A stretch of 64,000 bases of DNA from Somniosus microcephalus (lineage: Eukaryota), in contig CM126207.1 in the NCBI GenBank assembly GCA_052327205.1, forward strand, positions 76,880,001 through 76,944,000, read 5' to 3'. Below the pieces are notes generated by a model. The model searched no databases, was not told where the DNA came from, and saw nothing but the letters and a program-made list of their open reading frames with translations. Made by a program: the position numbers and the translations under genes. This document shows positions 61,648 through 64,000 of the stretch, piece after piece (the first letter of the stretch is position 1; every line of letters begins with the position of its first letter).

Positions 61648-64000
61648 TGGGCTCGATTTTAATGGAGGAGGCGGGTTGGAGTCAGGTTGCCTGGTGGGCG
61701 GGTTTCGGACCCACTGCCAGTTTCAGCCGCCCCCGATGTCACATTTTGACTTTGTTGGACCAATTAGTCCCGTCATGCGCGCTGCCTGCTGCAATAAGTT
61801 GGAGTGGGTGTGTTGGTCTGCACTGATGAGATCTTTGCTGCACTTGTTTTTAAGGGCTCCATGCACCCTCAGCCTCTCATTTCTCATTGCTGCTGCTGCC
61901 AGAGAGGGCCAGGATCACCATGAGTGCTGCCACAGGCAAGAAAGCTGCTCCTAGATTCAATGACGACTCCCTGCAAGCTCTTGTAGAGGGAGTAAGAGGG
62001 CGCAGGGACATTCTGTTTCCTGCCAATGGCCGCAGGAAGCCTCCTCAACAGATGACGGCAGCCTGGCTGGAGATAGCTGAGGAGGTCAGTGCAAGGTCGC
62101 TGTGTGGGCGCACCTGGCACCAGTGCCGCAAACGCTTCAATGATCTTGTCCGAACATCAAAGTGAGTATCACATCACACTGACCTTCACTCTGCTCCCTT
62201 CTCTTCTCATCACCAGCATTCTGCATTGTCAGCCTCCTCGTTCACATCCCACCTTATCCTTATTTCCCTTGCACCCTTACCTTTCTACCTTTCTCTCTGT
62301 ACTGAATCACTTCGCCATCCTGCTATGTAGCCCTCACACTCGCGCTCACTGTTATGCAATGACAACAACTAACAACGCACAGGGAGGCTCCTTCCTCTTG
62401 CCACCTCACTCCATCCTGGCCTCCCTCTAAGATTCTACCTTATAGATTCTTCACACTCCTCACTCCATCATTCTTGCTGAAACTGCACTCATGTCTTTCC
62501 TTGCAGGAAAAGATAGCCCACAATAAGAGGGAGAGAGCCAAGACAGGAGGAGGCACACCATCACTCGCCACATTAACTCACATTGAGGAAGCTGCTCACG
62601 ACATCATAGGAGGTGGCGAGGAGCTGGAAGTGGGGGCCGGATAGACGGGCGCACTAGAGGAAGCTGGTGACAGAATGCATTTTCATCCCTCGCTTTTACA
62701 ATTCCTGATTGACTGCAATGGCATATGTTGCTCATAGAGATTGACTTCTGATCATCTGCACAATAGGGTGGCCCCGATTTTCGGCTTGTGTGGGAAATGG
62801 TTGGGTTTCCCCGAATGTGGGGTTTCTGACACACGTAAAAAAGTGTCAGCCAGCTCCACGCAATTTTCCCTCGTGGCCAATTAATTCCCAGTATGTGGGA
62901 AGCCTTGTTAATTGTCCAATTCGAGTCAGAAATCCCCACAGTATGATGTCATCATTCGTGGTGCTTTCAAGGTCCATAGCAAGCATTGCATCATCTGAAG
63001 GCTTCCAAACAAACCATACAGGATGGCAGAGGAGCCTGCAGCAGCTGTGGCCAGTGCCAGAGCCCGAGCTGCCTTCAAATTCGACGAGGCTTCACTGCAG
63101 GCATTATTGGATGGGGTTAGGGCCCACAGGGAGATCCTCTTCCCTAGGTCAGGGGGGAAGAGGCCTCCCACTAAGACCAATGCTGCATGGATGCAGGTGT
63201 CAGCAGATGCCAACTCGCTGGGAGTCACCAGAAGAACCTTGGCATTACATCTCTAACTCCTTCCTTTACTCCCCCACAGTACCATCCAGAGCCCCCATCC
63301 TCACTGTGGAGGAGGAAGAAGCTGTGCAGCCAGACTCCTCAGAGGAAGCTCCAGCCTCTGAGGGCACAACGTCAGCAGAAGTAAGCGCACCCAGCACCAG
63401 CGCAGACACTCACACCTCAGGGGGACCTTCGAGACATAGAGTAGTGTTGTCACCTGGTGTTTCACAGCTGACAAGTGAGCCTCAGCAGATTCTGGAGACA
63501 GGGACAGCAATGGAGAGTCCTCGTCGGATAGCGCAGGACTCTGCCAGCTCAGCTCAGCTGCGCTGCATGTCGACCCTCTGCCTCTGGGTCCATCCGCAAG
63601 AGAAGAGGTGATGGATCTCCATGCACAGATGCAGGAGTCTCTGGCAGGTTTTGTCTCCAGGGTGGCTGCGAGTGTGGAGCGAATGGAGGAGTCCATAGCG
63701 ACCATGAGCAGAGCCTTTGTGGAGTCATTGGCGCAGGAACGCATCACCATGGAAAGGTTGGCAACCTCCATGGAGGAGATAACTCGCCAGGGTACGGAAA
63801 ACATGGTGAGTGCTCATAAGAGAATGACATCTCTTGAGGAGCGTTGGCCATCTGTTGAACAGAGAAACCAGATCTTCATGGAAGTCCTTCTGAGTAGGAC
63901 TGCCAGTGCAGAAACGGGTCCCCATGGCCCCCTAAAGCGCAGCAAGGTGCTCTCAAGCCACTTCCAAGCGCTGGCCCCTTCTGGCCTGTGCAGCTTCAGG
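61648..64000 (+). mobile_element. Harbinger left end(s) with Myb/SANT gene, running off the window
   Basis: GGGCTCGATTTT start; exon 61920-62161 APRFNDDSLQAL...CRKRFNDLVRTSK then GTGAGT; exon ~62507; second end at ~62769 with a second Myb exon 63023-63235 and exon 3 from ~63280. Confidence 0.78.

Overview
Repeat-saturated vertebrate genomic DNA, very probably from a cartilaginous fish (HE1/V-SINE-like SINE, shark-type CR1, L2, Penelope and Harbinger families). I could not identify a host protein-coding gene with confidence. The window is a mosaic of nested transposons: many CR1/L2 LINE fragments, several PIF/Harbinger elements (HARBI1-like nuclease plus spliced Myb/SANT gene) and their 3-bp-TSD MITEs, two Gypsy-type retrotransposons, two ~1.4-kb solo LTRs, two Penelope fragments, a hAT-type MITE, a probable Helitron end, a 27-bp minisatellite and two N gaps. 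The standout is a young LTR element at 37523-41244 (LTRs differ at 1 of 257 nt). Its single intact 738-aa ORF encodes Gag and protease but has no RT, RNase H or integrase. In their place, in frame, are segments that I recognise from memory as the STK10/SLK coiled coil and optineurin, plus a C2H2-type zinc finger and a basic tail. This looks like a non-autonomous retrotransposon carrying a chimeric host-gene cargo. All homology calls are by eye and need database confirmation.
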